Assembly: GCF_006345805.1 (NCBI RefSeq)
Contig: NC_043001.1
Span: 68,138,001-68,202,000 of the forward strand
Direction of reading: 5' to 3'
Length of the DNA: 64,000 nt
DNA from: Octopus sinensis
Taxonomy: Eukaryota
Shown one piece after another: positions 25,583-38,399 of the stretch (position 1 is its first letter; every line of letters starts with the position of its first letter). Position numbers and translations under genes: made by a program. The notes beneath the pieces are model-generated. The model was not told the DNA's origin, searched no databases, and was given only the letters and a program-made list of their open reading frames with translations.

Positions 25583-26777
25583 TTTTAAAATAGAACAGAA
25601 ATAACGATATGATCAAAACTAGTTAAAGGATACACCCTTAAAAATGGATTTGTTTCATTGGTCCTTTCAAATAACGGTCTTAAGCATGCAATGAAAAACA
25701 TATACAAAATAAATGAATTCAATATAAATTCAGCCTATTATAAAAAATCGAGGAAAAACATTAAATCGAAGAGCGGATTCAAAATACATATTGTCATTAA
25801 TTATATATGAAATATAATTCGATTAATACAATTAATACATTAAAAATCAAAATATTTCACAACAGTATATACGCATACTAAACCATCAATATACATATAT
25901 ACATCAAAATACACAGATTGATATACACAGACCACATACATATGCAGGCATATATATGTAAGACGTAAATATATACACACAAATACAGATATACATATGT
26001 ATACATATGTACGCAATCTTGCCCCGCATGCAAAAATCACATGATGTATACATATAGACTAGAGGTAAAAGGCAGAGAGGGAGACGAAAAAGAAAAAAGA
26101 AAAGGTAAGGATTTTATAAGCAATAAAAGAAATGAGCAAGATAAATGGAGGGGGCGTAAAGTTACAGGACTCTATAGAAGTAACGAACAGGGGAGAAAAA
26201 TACTTTTCCGTAATGAAAGAAAGGAAGAAAGAAAGAAATCTTGAATATGGGTAACGAACGTACACAAAATAAAATTACATATCCATGTGTATATAAAAGT
26301 GTATATCAGCAGCAAATATACATATAAGAACACATATATAAATATATAGAGATAAGTACATAAATACACACCCACACAAATTCAAGTGAATACATGCATA
26401 CATATACATCCATGTATGTATGTGCATAAGTATAAACATACATGCTTACTTACACATATACATAGGCGCATACATACAACTGCATATGCATGCCAACAAT
26501 AGCAATATTCACATAAAAACATGTCTAGGTACAAACAATATTATTTTTAAAAATTGCTGAGTGCATAATAATAAAATTCGGATATTAGTAGTTCACAATA
26601 TTAGGTAGCCTACATGTGAACACAACAATGACCACACTAATTATTTGTATATTCACATATTTTATTAACCCTAGTCATCTATAATTACACACGCACATAC
26701 ACATTTGTGACCGCATGTGTACCGTTGGCGATTTTTTTCCTCCGTCTTCCCTTCCTTGGATCTTTCCTTTTCCTATG

Positions 26778-26810
26778 TTTCTGACGAAGAGCTCCGCTCG
26801 AAACGTTAAA
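26778..26810 (+). ncRNA. Minimal type I hammerhead motif (Penelope type) in a ~200-350 bp element ending at (TA)n
   Basis: ttt CTGACGA a gagc tcc gctc GAAA cg TT aaa; palindromic AACGTT in place of stem III. Confidence 0.75.
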
Positions 26811-26963
26811 TCCTCCTTCTTTCTTTCCTTTCCTGAGCGTCCAATAACAGTATACTTGTTCCACGTCCTCGCGTTGTTGTGTTTTCTCTTTGTGTTTTCA
26901 TGTTTGGATTAACTATATATATATATATTGATTGATTGATTCTAGTTTCAGCTCATATGTGTA

Positions 26964-27039
<76 letters not shown>

Positions 27040-27042
<3 letters not shown>

Positions 27043-27589
27043 TTAAGGATAAAATCTTTATTAGAAATTATCAGTAGTTAGCGTGAAAAACCTCGTAAGA
27101 GAAAAGATCTGTAAATTTTTCCACTTTGAAAATATTTATTTATATTATATAGAGGGTGCTATTATTCATAGGTACCGCATGCTAGGAGGGACTCTTGCAG
27201 TCAAAACTACTAAAATAAAAAAAATTGTACCGAATGCAAAACTTCAAAGCAAGTAATTTAAAAACAGAATTTAGTTACATATCACCTGTGATTTCGCAAT
27301 CAATGCAGAATATGCATTCTATGCTCTTCAGTGCAACGAACTCAAGACATGTAAGGAAAAAACACAATATAGCATACCCGACAGCCAACCGTAGAATTCG
27401 TCGTAGCATGTACGAATGTAACTAAATTCTGGTAACTAAATTCTGTGATATGTAACTAAATTCTGTTTTTAAATGACTTGCTTTGAAGTTTTGCATTCGG
27501 TACAATTTGTTTATTTTAGTAGTTTTGACTGCAAGAGTCCTTCCTAGCGTGTGGTACTTATGAATAATAGTACCCTCTATATAATATAA

Positions 27590-27591
<2 letters not shown>
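27040..27591 (-). mobile_element. Penelope-like/retrozyme-like non-coding element with ~150 bp head-to-head inverted copy
   Basis: 27137-27285 is the reverse complement of 27445-27591; flanked by (TA)n and (CA)n; carries a hammerhead. Confidence 0.75.
27274..27337 (-). ncRNA. Type I hammerhead ribozyme with canonical core
   Basis: gttgca CTGAAGA gca tag aatgca tattc tgcatt gat tgc GAAA tcac ag gtga TA tgtaac; all three stems pair. Confidence 0.85.
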
Positions 27592-27675
<84 letters not shown>

Positions 27676-30139
27676 ATAAATATATATATACCTATAAATA
27701 GGAGTTAAACCCACTGCATATACTCAATGTGTGTGATTTCCGGCACAATGATATAAGGCGGGTACTCTTTGTCGAAACGATACAAGCATATTGAATAAGA
27801 TTATGTAGAAGTAATACCAATTCACTGAGCAAAGAGACGTGATTGCATGTGGACTGTTAAAAGATGTTAAAAATTGTAAGCAAATGTCCTTCAAATCGCT
27901 CCCTGTCGGACACATAGGATAATGTAGTCCTAGATGTTTCAGATATAATTAAGACATGATCACAACTGCAACACCTTCGATCATAGGTTTGTCTTACCAA
28001 GACGATCTGGCAGCAAGAGCAACAACAACTATAACAACAGGCACGTAATCTGTAGTCACTTTTCTCGTACAACAATCTCTATTTCCCTTTCCTGGCACTA
28101 TACACACAGACACAGCTATACGCACAAACCCCACTCTCTCTTTTGAATCTGACACTCTTAATTCCCATGCCAGCATTCCCCAGGGAACTCCAGTTTCCTT
28201 CTTTCTCTTCTTATATCTCCAACAACAAAGCTTGTAGAAGAAAATTAACATCGGAAATAATAACTTTATAAACTATTCCTTAAGTGGATCTGAAAGAGCA
28301 ATCAGCCCTTACTTTTCTCCTAAATTGTATTATTCCCCCCCCCCCAAAAAAAAGAAGAAAAGGAAAAAACTACACATTGCATAATATTAGGTGTTTGTTT
28401 TTAAATTTAGATTAATTTCAGTTATTACTGCATGATTGAAAGCAAAACATGATTTTAAAGGTAAGTAGTAGATTTTCAGAAATATTTCGAACAAATATCA
28501 CAAGGATGTCAACAGCACCATTAGGCGATCTCTCCTCTTGAAAAAAACAGATAACCTTCAACTAAAATGCCGGGCTGATTTCATCTTGAATTTCCAATCG
28601 AAGATGTGTCCTGTCCACTTGTATTACAGTTCTTATGTCATTTACAAAGGCCTCAATGCCACAACCTCACATTTACTACGATCCGTTTGTGGATAGCAAA
28701 GTGATTAAAGACTGTTATGATGAACCGACACCCACAGTCGTTTCAGTTATCAGCGATTCTACAACATTGAAGTGCTTGATTCATCTCAGTGTCTGATTCT
28801 TCTCAGTCTAGCACCAACAGACCGTGATAAAATAGAGAAATATAGAAAACTAAGGTCCATATAAATAAATCCAGAAGGAATTCTGAAGAGGGGATGAAAA
28901 GAAGATCGAGTGTCTTGTACAAAAAATAGCACATACTATATGAAGAGAAAGTGCAGTCAATAGAAAGGAAATACAGACTAATGTACGAGAAATAACTGAA
29001 CGGTGATTGCGGATCGTGTGCGCGTTGATTAAAATGTTACAGCTATGACCCTCCCATCTTTTAAATCATACTTCATACAACTAGGACTACATTATCTGAC
29101 GTGTCCAGTACGCTGTGCTTTGACGTAGATTTGGCAACACATTTTAGCTGGTCAATCGATTGTGGGAAGGCTTCCTCTGTGACTAGTATCAAGTCTTGAA
29201 AAGGAATCGCTGTAACGACTAAACTGTGTATGACTGAAGAGTTTGGATAATACTGAAGCATGAGATGTTTCGGTATTATTAACAATAGCACATAAGAGAT
29301 AGCAAACTACTTTTAGTTGAATGTCATTTTCCGATGTTAAAATCTTCCTAAATAATATTAGCTCAATTCTACCAAAAGAAATAAGATTTAGTAAGTTAGC
29401 TATTTTTTCTGGCATGCCTTTTATTTACTTGACGTTTTTTGTGGGGGATAGCAAAGGGTAACCGTCTGTTTCTGTGTTCGAAATTTTTACAAAAATAGAC
29501 ATATTGCAGGTTTGCAGATGTCGTCATTGACTAAAACGCAAGTGTTTATTGATATAAACGTCAGTCTTTATTGATATAAACGTCAATCTTTATTCACAAC
29601 TTACAAAAGCTGTTATTAACTACAACTGAAAATATCGTTTCTTCGTTCCTTGCCAAAACACCGCAGATTTCTCACACAGACAAAGTTTCAAGGTTATTTA
29701 TAACAACAGGTAGCCAGTCATTTGACGACGATGGCGGTGCTGTTGGTGGTGAGAATGGAAATGGTTGGCAGACAAACCCATCAAATAATTAACATAATTC
29801 TTCAAGAAACATTCTTCGGTGACAATCATCACGGATCAGTTAAAAACCTACAACTTAGTGGTTGTGTGATTAGATTGAAGATCGCGTGTAACCTTCCATC
29901 ACCATAGAGTGACATTACTGTATCCACAGACAGAGCAAAATAATGGTAGCTAAGGGAGGACATTTTTTCTGGCAAAACACTTTGAAATAACCTTGCAGCC
30001 TTCTGTGGATGTCAGCCCGCCTGCATCCATCCTCCGTCAACTCAATTACTACACGTTGCTTCTGTTTCGAACCGATTAATTCTCTGCTACGAAGAAGAAT
30101 GAAAGACGGATTCTACAGGACGACTCCCTTTCTGTTGAT

Positions 30140-30480
30140 AGCTCATGTTCACACTTCTCTTCTCTATACAGTCTCCCAATCTGCTTGAGATGATCCTGCA
30201 CAGTTGACCAAGGTTTATTAAATCACCGGGATAAGTTCTCGATACTTTGACATGGCTCCTCTGCAAATGCTGTTTTCAATGAGTCATTATTGAAAACAGT
30301 TGGTCTTCCTGATCGATACCAGTCAAAAAAAAAAAAGATGAAAATCGAAATCACCGTTTTTAAATTTGTTAAAGCACCTTTGGTATTTCCGAAAACTCAA
30401 ATATGTTTTTCCTCCCATATATTGCATTGTTCCCTTTACAAAATTCGTAAAGCATGCATTGAAGAACATTCCACTCACTA
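30140..30480 (-). mobile_element. Mariner transposase N-terminal relic
   Basis: QRCFNKFKNGDFD, RSGRPTVF..PWSTVQDHLKQIG..HELS. Confidence 0.75.
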
Positions 30481-30780
30481 AAGTTCTTCTCTTTAAAAGG
30501 CTGTGAGATAGAGCATATGCACACATAGCACGAGTCTACATTAACGTTTTGTCATTAACACTATGCAAATTGGTTGATTGCAAGGACATCTTTTGTTGGT
30601 TTGTAAACTATTTGTTGCATAGCATCAAGACTGCTGGAATATACATTACTGTACTCCCAATGTATTTTGTCGGACTAACGATTGTGGATAAAAAAACTGT
30701 CTTCACTTTCAGAATTATCTGTGAGTTCTTTTTATTTTAAGTGACCAGATAAACTTCTCTTGAAAACATGTCACCTCTTG

Positions 30781-30829
<49 letters not shown>

Positions 30830-30878
30830 TATATAATATATATATATATATTTATGTATATATATATATATATGTATG

Positions 30879-30909
<31 letters not shown>

Positions 30910-30920
30910 TTTATTTTTAA

Positions 30921-31232
30921 AAGGATTTATCGAGTAGTCAGCGTGAAAAACCTCAAAAAGGGGAAAATTATAGTTATACCCTTTAAATATATTTATTTAT
31001 ATTAAGGGCATTAATACACATAAATGCCTCACGCTATGAGGGACTCTTAAAGTCAAAACTACCATAATAAATACAGTGTACCGAACGCGAGGGAATGCAA
31101 CACTCGAAGCGAGCTCGTTAAAAACAGATTATGATTTCATAATTAGCACACAAAATGCACTTTTTAATCGTCAGTGCAGACAGGCTTTTCGCGCTGAATA
31201 CTTGATAAATTCTTATAAAGATTTTATCCTTT
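30921..31232 (-). mobile_element. Diverged relative of the 27040-27591 element with decayed hammerhead and inverted terminal segment
   Basis: Shared agtag.cagcgtgaaaaacctc, gagggactctt..agtcaaaactac, tgtaccgaa; minus-strand CTGACGA..GAAA at 31174-31135; IR 30921-30949 / 31186-31214. Confidence 0.7.
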
Positions 31233-31346
31233 TTTAAAATTTAAAATTTAACCGGAATATATTCAGTGCTGAATTATTCTGAATATACACGTGTACCGAG
31301 ACATAATTCTTACATAGATATATACTAGTGAACAACTCGAATGTGC

Positions 31347-31510
<164 letters not shown>

Positions 31511-31540
31511 GTATATATATATATATATATATATTATATG

Positions 31541-32054
31541 TTAATAGTTATCGCCATACTAATATGGCAGTCTATAAATAAGACTACAAAAGTCTTATTA
31601 TAGACTGCCATATTAGTATGGCGATAACTATCAATATCCAGTAACGCTGCCGTAATCTCCTTTAGAGAGACTTAGTAATTTTAATATTTCTATTATTGAA
31701 AACAAGTGGATGTATTCCACTGTAACTAGGTAAATAAAATCTTCGAACAGACGGTCAGTAGCGACACCTGCTGGTTCTGACTACGCTGCATTGATAAAGG
31801 GCAGCAACCCTGAAACATGTCTGCAGATGTCTGACTAGCAAAGTGAAGCGGCTGACCTCCCCTGTTCGAAGGTTGTAATGGACGCAGGTTCGTGTGTCAT
31901 ATAGCTAGCTAGAGGCGGTGGCCTCTTGGAGCTAATCAGCGACAGCTTTAGTCTTATTTATAGACTGCCATATTAGTATGGCGATAACTATTAATATCCA
32001 GTAACGCTGCCGTAATCTCCTTTAGAGAGACTTAGTAATTTTAATATTTCTACT
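31541..32054 (+). mobile_element. Retrozyme-like element: ~360-nt unit, ~103-bp terminal direct repeats, 45-bp 5' inverted arm, embedded in (TA)n
   Basis: Direct repeats 31591-31692 and 31950-32052; inverted arm 31541-31585; central hammerhead. Confidence 0.8.
31770..31840 (+). ncRNA. Type I hammerhead ribozyme, U3-A8 core variant
   Basis: ctgca TTGATAA aggg cagcaa ccct GAAA catg TC tgcag; stem I extends via gac/gtc and gctggt/actagc. Confidence 0.8.
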
Positions 32055-32072
32055 ATATATTATATATATATA

Positions 32073-32281
<209 letters not shown>

Positions 32282-32295
32282 ATATATATATATAT

Positions 32296-32352
<57 letters not shown>

Positions 32353-32358
32353 ATATAT

Positions 32359-32616
32359 GGAGGCGCAATGGCCCAGTGGTTAGGGCAGCGGACTTGCGGT
32401 CTTAGGATCGCGTTTCGATTCCCAAACCGGGCATTGTGAGTGTTTATTGAGCGAAAACACCTAAAAGCTCCACGAGTTCCGGCAGGGGTGGTGATCCCTG
32501 CTGTACTCTTTCATCACTCTTTCTCTCACATTCGAAGGCTAAAACAATGCGAACGCATTGTGATCAGCGATGTGTAGCAACAGCTGATGATCTGGTAAGT
32601 CATGTGATCCCGTGAT
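32359..32616 (+). mobile_element. tRNA-derived SINE family D
   Basis: GGAGGCGCAATGGCCCAGTGGTTAGGGCAGCGGAC A-box, GTTTCGATTCCC B-box. Confidence 0.8.
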
Positions 32617-32646
32617 ATATATATATATATATATAATATATATATT

Positions 32647-32835
32647 TACTCTTTTTCACACTTCAGTCATTTGACTGCGACCATGCCGGAGCAGCGCCTT
32701 TAATCGAAAAATTGACCCCTGGACTAATTCTTTGTAAACCTAGTACTTATTCTATCGATATATTTTGTCGAACCGCTAAGTTTCGAGGACATAAACATAT
32801 CAACATTGGTTGTCAAGCGATGGTGGGGGCACAAG
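32647..32835 (-). mobile_element. SINE family A 3' half
   Basis: Reverse complement of family A tail. Confidence 0.8.
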
Positions 32836-32959
32836 CATAGACCTCAAAGGTACATACACATAAATATATATACATATGTATATATACAATTGGCTTCTTT
32901 TGTTCGGCCTGCGGAAGAGCCTGTTGAGGAGTCTTTCAACGGCTGTGAGTGTGGCAGTT

Positions 32960-33210
32960 CCGGGAGAGCAGGGGCCACAGGTCACTGAAATCCAAGGCGC
33001 ATAAACCAGGTGAAGACTTGGTTGGAAGCCGTCTCTAAGGAGGTTCTGACTGCAGTCACCTTTTTGGGTGAGCAGGCCTTGATCGACCTGTTCCCCATAA
33101 CAGCCATCCCATTCAGTGCTGCAGTTGAGTGCCTATTCTCTATAGACAAAAATATTTTGAGGGCCAAGAGAGCTACTCTGACAGATGCATTGAGAGGCTG
33201 ATGTTTATAA
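32960..33210 (+). mobile_element. hAT transposase C-terminal dimerisation-domain relic
   Basis: TAIPFSAAVECLFSIDKNILRAKRATLTDA resembles P.SSA.VER.FS....I...KR..L. Confidence 0.75.
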
Positions 33211-34522
33211 ACATCACCATATTTTTGTAAAGATATTTGTAAACTAAAGACCAAGAATTCTGACTGAGACTTCTAAAGTCAGGTGCAGTTGAAATTCTTT
33301 CAGGCACAAGGGCTTTGTCAAGGAGCCCTTAATTGAAACACTTTCTTGCGGACATTCATTAGTTTAGTCAAAAATTACAAACTATAGATTTTCTTATTAC
33401 ACCCCACCCACACATACACAAACATTTATGTAGGTATATATGTATTACGTATCCATCTCTATATACGCACTTATATGTATGCATTTGGGTATGTTTGCAT
33501 ATGTATATGTATGTGTATATAAATATATATTTGTATGTTCGACTGTGAAAGTCAATATGTTTGATATTTATGTGCCTACGTCTGCTTTTTCTTTATTTTA
33601 CACTTATTACTTTGTATCTTATTTTATTAATATTGCAACACACACCAAATAAGAGCAACAGCTACTATATAAATATAGCGGTAACCTTTGACGACATTTT
33701 ACAATGACAGGTAGAAGATATTTATCAGAACTGGCTGCGTTCTTTTGTTTCAAACGTCCATTGTCTCCTATGCTTGAGTTTTCTTCAGTTTCAGGAAAGT
33801 AAAAGAAAAGTAAACAACAATAACGACGACGACAACAACAAAAATAATAATAATTCAACACAGACTTAGCGTTGTGTCAATGGTAGTCTTATTGGTTTCA
33901 GTATGAGTACAACGTGGGTGAACTTTTGACATTCGTGGATGGCTAAAATACGTGACTGTAATCACGACTCTCTTACATCCGTAAACGTTGTTCTGACGCA
34001 CTCGTATATAAGACAACAATATCAATAAAACATAATGTGGCTCTATAGGTAAAAAGAAAACAAAAGTCATGGTTTTATAGATCGGATCTTGGAAGTAATT
34101 GCTTGATATCTTGCTGTAGAGGTTCAGTTTGCGTCTCTGAGCAAAATCTTGCGAGAGAATGATAGTGAACGATAACTGATAAAGTCTATCAGCGGAGAAG
34201 ACACCGACCCTGTGCTGGTGTATTAGCCTTAATCATTTGCCCAACTTAATACCGCTTGCTTGCCCTTAGCAGTCTTCAGCAAAGTCTCATCTGCTGTAAG
34301 TATTTAGGCGAAACCTGTTTCTGAATAACTTCTCTTCTTGTTCCCACCAAACACAGAGGCCATGAAAGAAGTTGACGGAAAATATCTTTCTTCCGTTGTC
34401 TAAACCAGGGGTCGGCAAAGTGGTGAATGTTTATCCCATTGGGTCTATCTGACTATTCTGAAGATCGATAAAAACTTGAAACCATTAAGTCATGTGCCTT
34501 CGCTCTGTCTGTCTGTCTGTCG

Positions 34523-34558
<36 letters not shown>

Positions 34559-34585
34559 GCCTGCCTGCCTGCCTGTCTGCCTGCC

Positions 34586-34649
<64 letters not shown>

Positions 34650-35105
34650 ACTTAAAGAGGCATCTTTCCATTTTTCATGATATGGCGTCATCAATGATCG
34701 AGACTTATGTGATGCAAATAATTAAGCGTTTTGCGGCTCCTTAAAACGTTTAGTAAATGTTTTGTTTTTCTTTGTAAAATTCAGAGTATAAGTAATATTT
34801 ATATGAGATTCTTGTGACAGTAATCATGTAAAAACGTGTGTCGTTGTTCCGTCACAAAGGATGGTGGCCTGACAAAATCATCAGATGCTTTCAGTATTCC
34901 TCTCCGTTCGCACCGTTCTGAGCTCACACTCCACCAACTTCAACTTTGACTTGCATTCCACCGGGATCTATATCATAAAGTAATGAAAATACTCGCCAGG
35001 CAGAAGATATTTCACAGTTATTATGGTACACGTTATCATCCTTCACGACATTCTACTTTGCATTTTAATTATCACAAGACAACCAGCCAATACCGTTGCT
35101 TACAT

Positions 35106-35253
35106 CAGACATGGGCAACCTTTTTTTCGAGAAGCAGGCCGCATGAGAAATGACTCATCATCCGGGGAGCTGCACTGTTAAAAGCATTCATAGTTATTTT
35201 TCCTTTGGCGTTCTATTTAGAAAGTCCCGCGGATAGCAGTTTACCCATCATTG
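35106..35253. mobile_element. Possible hAT-type MITE
   Basis: cagacatgggcaac ... gtttacccatcattg imperfect TIR. Confidence 0.45.
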
Positions 35254-35337
35254 GTTTAAATAAATGCAGAGAATAATCTAAGAGTCACAATTAAAACAAA
35301 ATCTAGTTTTATTCAGTTTAAGTCTATCGATATTAAG

Positions 35338-35560
35338 TGAAAGCGTGTGACCAAGTGGTCAAGGTATTGCATTTACGATTACAAAATTGTGGTTTTGATT
35401 TCCAGATCGGGCGGTGCGTTGTGTTCTTGAGCAAGATACTTCATTTAATGTTGCTCCAGTTCGCTCAGCTGTAACTGAGTAACCATACGACAAAGTGGTA
35501 CCCCGTTCAGGGGAAATGTTGTAATATTAGTCACTTATATGCTATGGAAACCGGATAACC
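35338..35560 (+). mobile_element. SINE family C, decayed
   Basis: Reverse-complement match to 10692-10926. Confidence 0.75.
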
Positions 35561-36542
35561 ACATCGATCAGTCTTAGGACTCCATTCAGAAGTATTGACA
35601 TTAACAGATAGCGTAAAAGTCAACGAGACGTCAGTTAGAGGTTTTCCAAGATCGCGGTGGCCATACAGGTTGTTAGCTGTACAGACAGATATGCATGTAG
35701 TATCGAGGAGTAATCCAGCTGAGCGATTATCAGAGTAGTTGTATCTATGTAATCACTGTAGTATAACATATGTGACCGAATATTCCATAAATACTTGTAC
35801 CATTAGCGTAATCCTCGAGCAAACTCAATGTGAGGCAGCGTAATTGATAAAGGTGGTTATTTGAGTTATAGGTACTCCTGCAAACTCCCGCAAAGTTTCC
35901 GTCCATCGCATTTCACTCCCAGGATTGGGGGTGACTCCGAACTATATTAAGAAGACACTTGGTCAAAGACAGTCATTTGGTGGAACTGAATTCAAATAAT
36001 CATGATTGCGACGTAAACTACTTTACCATCTCCTCATACTCGCATCGAAATAGACATACACGCACATACGTACACATAGACACAAATAAACACAAAGTAT
36101 CTACACACACATACACGCGCGACCATCGACACATATGCGTACACCATACACACCGACACATGCAAAAAAAAACAAAAAACAAACAAACATAATTAACAGA
36201 CATTCAGAAATTCAAATCAAAAAGGCAACAAAAGCTGGCAGTTGGTTTCTCTGAGTGTATTGTGAAGTATTTCTGTGTCGTTTTTAGTAACAGTCGTCTC
36301 CATGGCAACAAACAACATTGATGATTACAGTACTGAAATGTACAAATAGAATTTGATTCTAGCAAATAACAAATGTTGAAAGTTAAACTGTTTTTTCTCA
36401 TCCACCTTCTCTGAATTATAGAGAACAATTCGCTTACAAAATATGAAACAAAATACACACCAGTGTATATGTGCAGCATATATTATATATACACAGGGAG
36501 AACGATAATATGCACTACCAAAGAATGGTTTCTCTGATGGCG

Positions 36543-36637
<95 letters not shown>

Positions 36638-36713
36638 ATCTACACACACACACACGCACATACGTACGCACAGACACACAGACACACAGACGCACAGACA
36701 GACTCATAGACAC

Positions 36714-36748
<35 letters not shown>

Positions 36749-36762
36749 CGCACACACACACA

Positions 36763-38312
36763 CAGAGCAACCTCGTTCTCCAACAACATTGTCGAACCGA
36801 GTCGAAACGAGTTAACCCGAGCGGAATCATTTCTGAGTCGAGCGCCGTGTCGTATACATTCGTGTGTTTGTGCTGTTTCTAATTTTATTGTACTGTGCCT
36901 CTTTTACTCTTCATTAGCCCTTAGTCATTTCTCCAAAGAAAGCTATCAGTGATACTGGTAACGGAAAAAAAGAGAAAAACAATTGCGGTGAAGAAAGTAA
37001 TCATCGCAAAACACGAAAATGGCGCTCGTGTGTCAGATTTCAAGTAGCGATTTCAAGGTCAAGGCATTGCTTGTTTACCATTCCGATAATCTGAGGGTTT
37101 TCAAAAGAAACAATGTTATGAAGAGTAAATTGCCTGTTATGTGGCGGGCTAATACGAAGGCTTGTGTAACCAGACAATTTTTTATTACGTGGATTCATGG
37201 AGTTTTTGCCCCGAGTATTAAGAAATATCTATAAGAAAAAAACTTGCCACTGAAATGCCTTCTCGAGTTAGACAATGCTCCCGCTCACCCTCCAGGTTTG
37301 GAAGATGACATAGTTGAAGGGTTTGACTTTATTCAGGTCAAATACCTGCGACCTAATACAACTCCTCTAATACAGCCAATGAACCAACAGGTCATTGGAA
37401 ACTTTTAGAAACTTTACACAAAAGACCTGTTTCGAAAGTGTTTACAAGTCACTAATGACACTCAATTAATTCTCATTAATTGGGTTAATCTTATTGATAA
37501 TGTATTGAACCAAATGAGTTTCAGAACCATGAATTCAGCATGGAGGAAACTTTGACCAGACTGTGTACCAGAACGAGACTTTGAGGGATTTGAGAGAGCT
37601 ACAAGTAGTGATGTTGTCGAGGAAATTGCTATTGTTGATGATATTGTCTCCATGGGAAAAATATAGGCTTGGATGTCGACAGTGAAGATACTGAAGAGCT
37701 GGTGGAAGACCACCGTACTGAGCTTACCACCGAAGAGCACGTATACCTTCAAAATGAACAGCAAAAGACTTTGGCTGAGGAAATGTCTTCTGAGGAGAAG
37801 GAAGGAATGGAGGGTGTCATAAGTTTTTAATCAAATAAATTTGTGCTAAATAAGGTGATGAGCAAAGTTTTGTGGAAAAATATCGCTCTGATACAGTGAT
37901 AGCAAATAGAGCAGTAAACGTTTACAATAACAATGTCAAGAAAGATTTTACAACGCAAGCAAAAACAACTAACATTGAAAGCAAAAAGAAAAGAAATCCC
38001 CGAGAAAAATTTACCTGAGCCAGAGACAGAGAAGGGAAGAAACCCCCGAAAGACAGTTACCAGAAGTTTTTATGGAAGGGGACTCTCCTTCTAAGAAATA
38101 ACACCCTTTTATGTGTTATTTACAGCTTGAATAAACGCTTTTATAATAAAATATATAGAGTAAGCATGTAGATAAGCATTCATCTGGTACTTGGAAACGA
38201 ATTAATCTCTTTTACATTAATTGTAATGGGGGAAAATGATTCAGTTCTCGAATAATTCGGTTTTCGAACAGACTTTCAGGACAAATTATGGTTGAGAACC
38301 GAGGTTGCATTG
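36763..38312 (+). mobile_element. Tigger/pogo DNA transposon, internally deleted, both TIRs present
   Basis: TIR cagagcaacctcgttctc vs revcomp of gagaaccgaggttgcattg; LVYHSDNLRVFK, LPVMWRANTKA, LDNAPAHP, PNTTPLIQPMNQQVI. Confidence 0.9.
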
Positions 38313-38399
38313 TGTTCCCCAAAATATATACATGAATTGAATTATTTTTTTCATTTTCAAAATGTACTTGAATCGACAGTCAGAATTCAATTTATTTAT

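Noticed and set aside
28480-29420. Complex non-repetitive stretch as exon or transposase
   Set aside because: No motif recognised in any frame I could read; would need BLASTX or a Dfam search
31591-32052. CRISPR-like or LTR interpretation of the direct repeats
   Set aside because: Only two long repeats in a eukaryotic context, with no TG..CA ends, PBS or PPT
32359-32432. tRNA gene
   Set aside because: A and B boxes are present, but no proper acceptor stem closes and it continues into a SINE body
34450-34492. CTGAAGA tcgataaaaactt GAAA as a hammerhead
   Set aside because: Stem II does not pair; at best a very decayed relic
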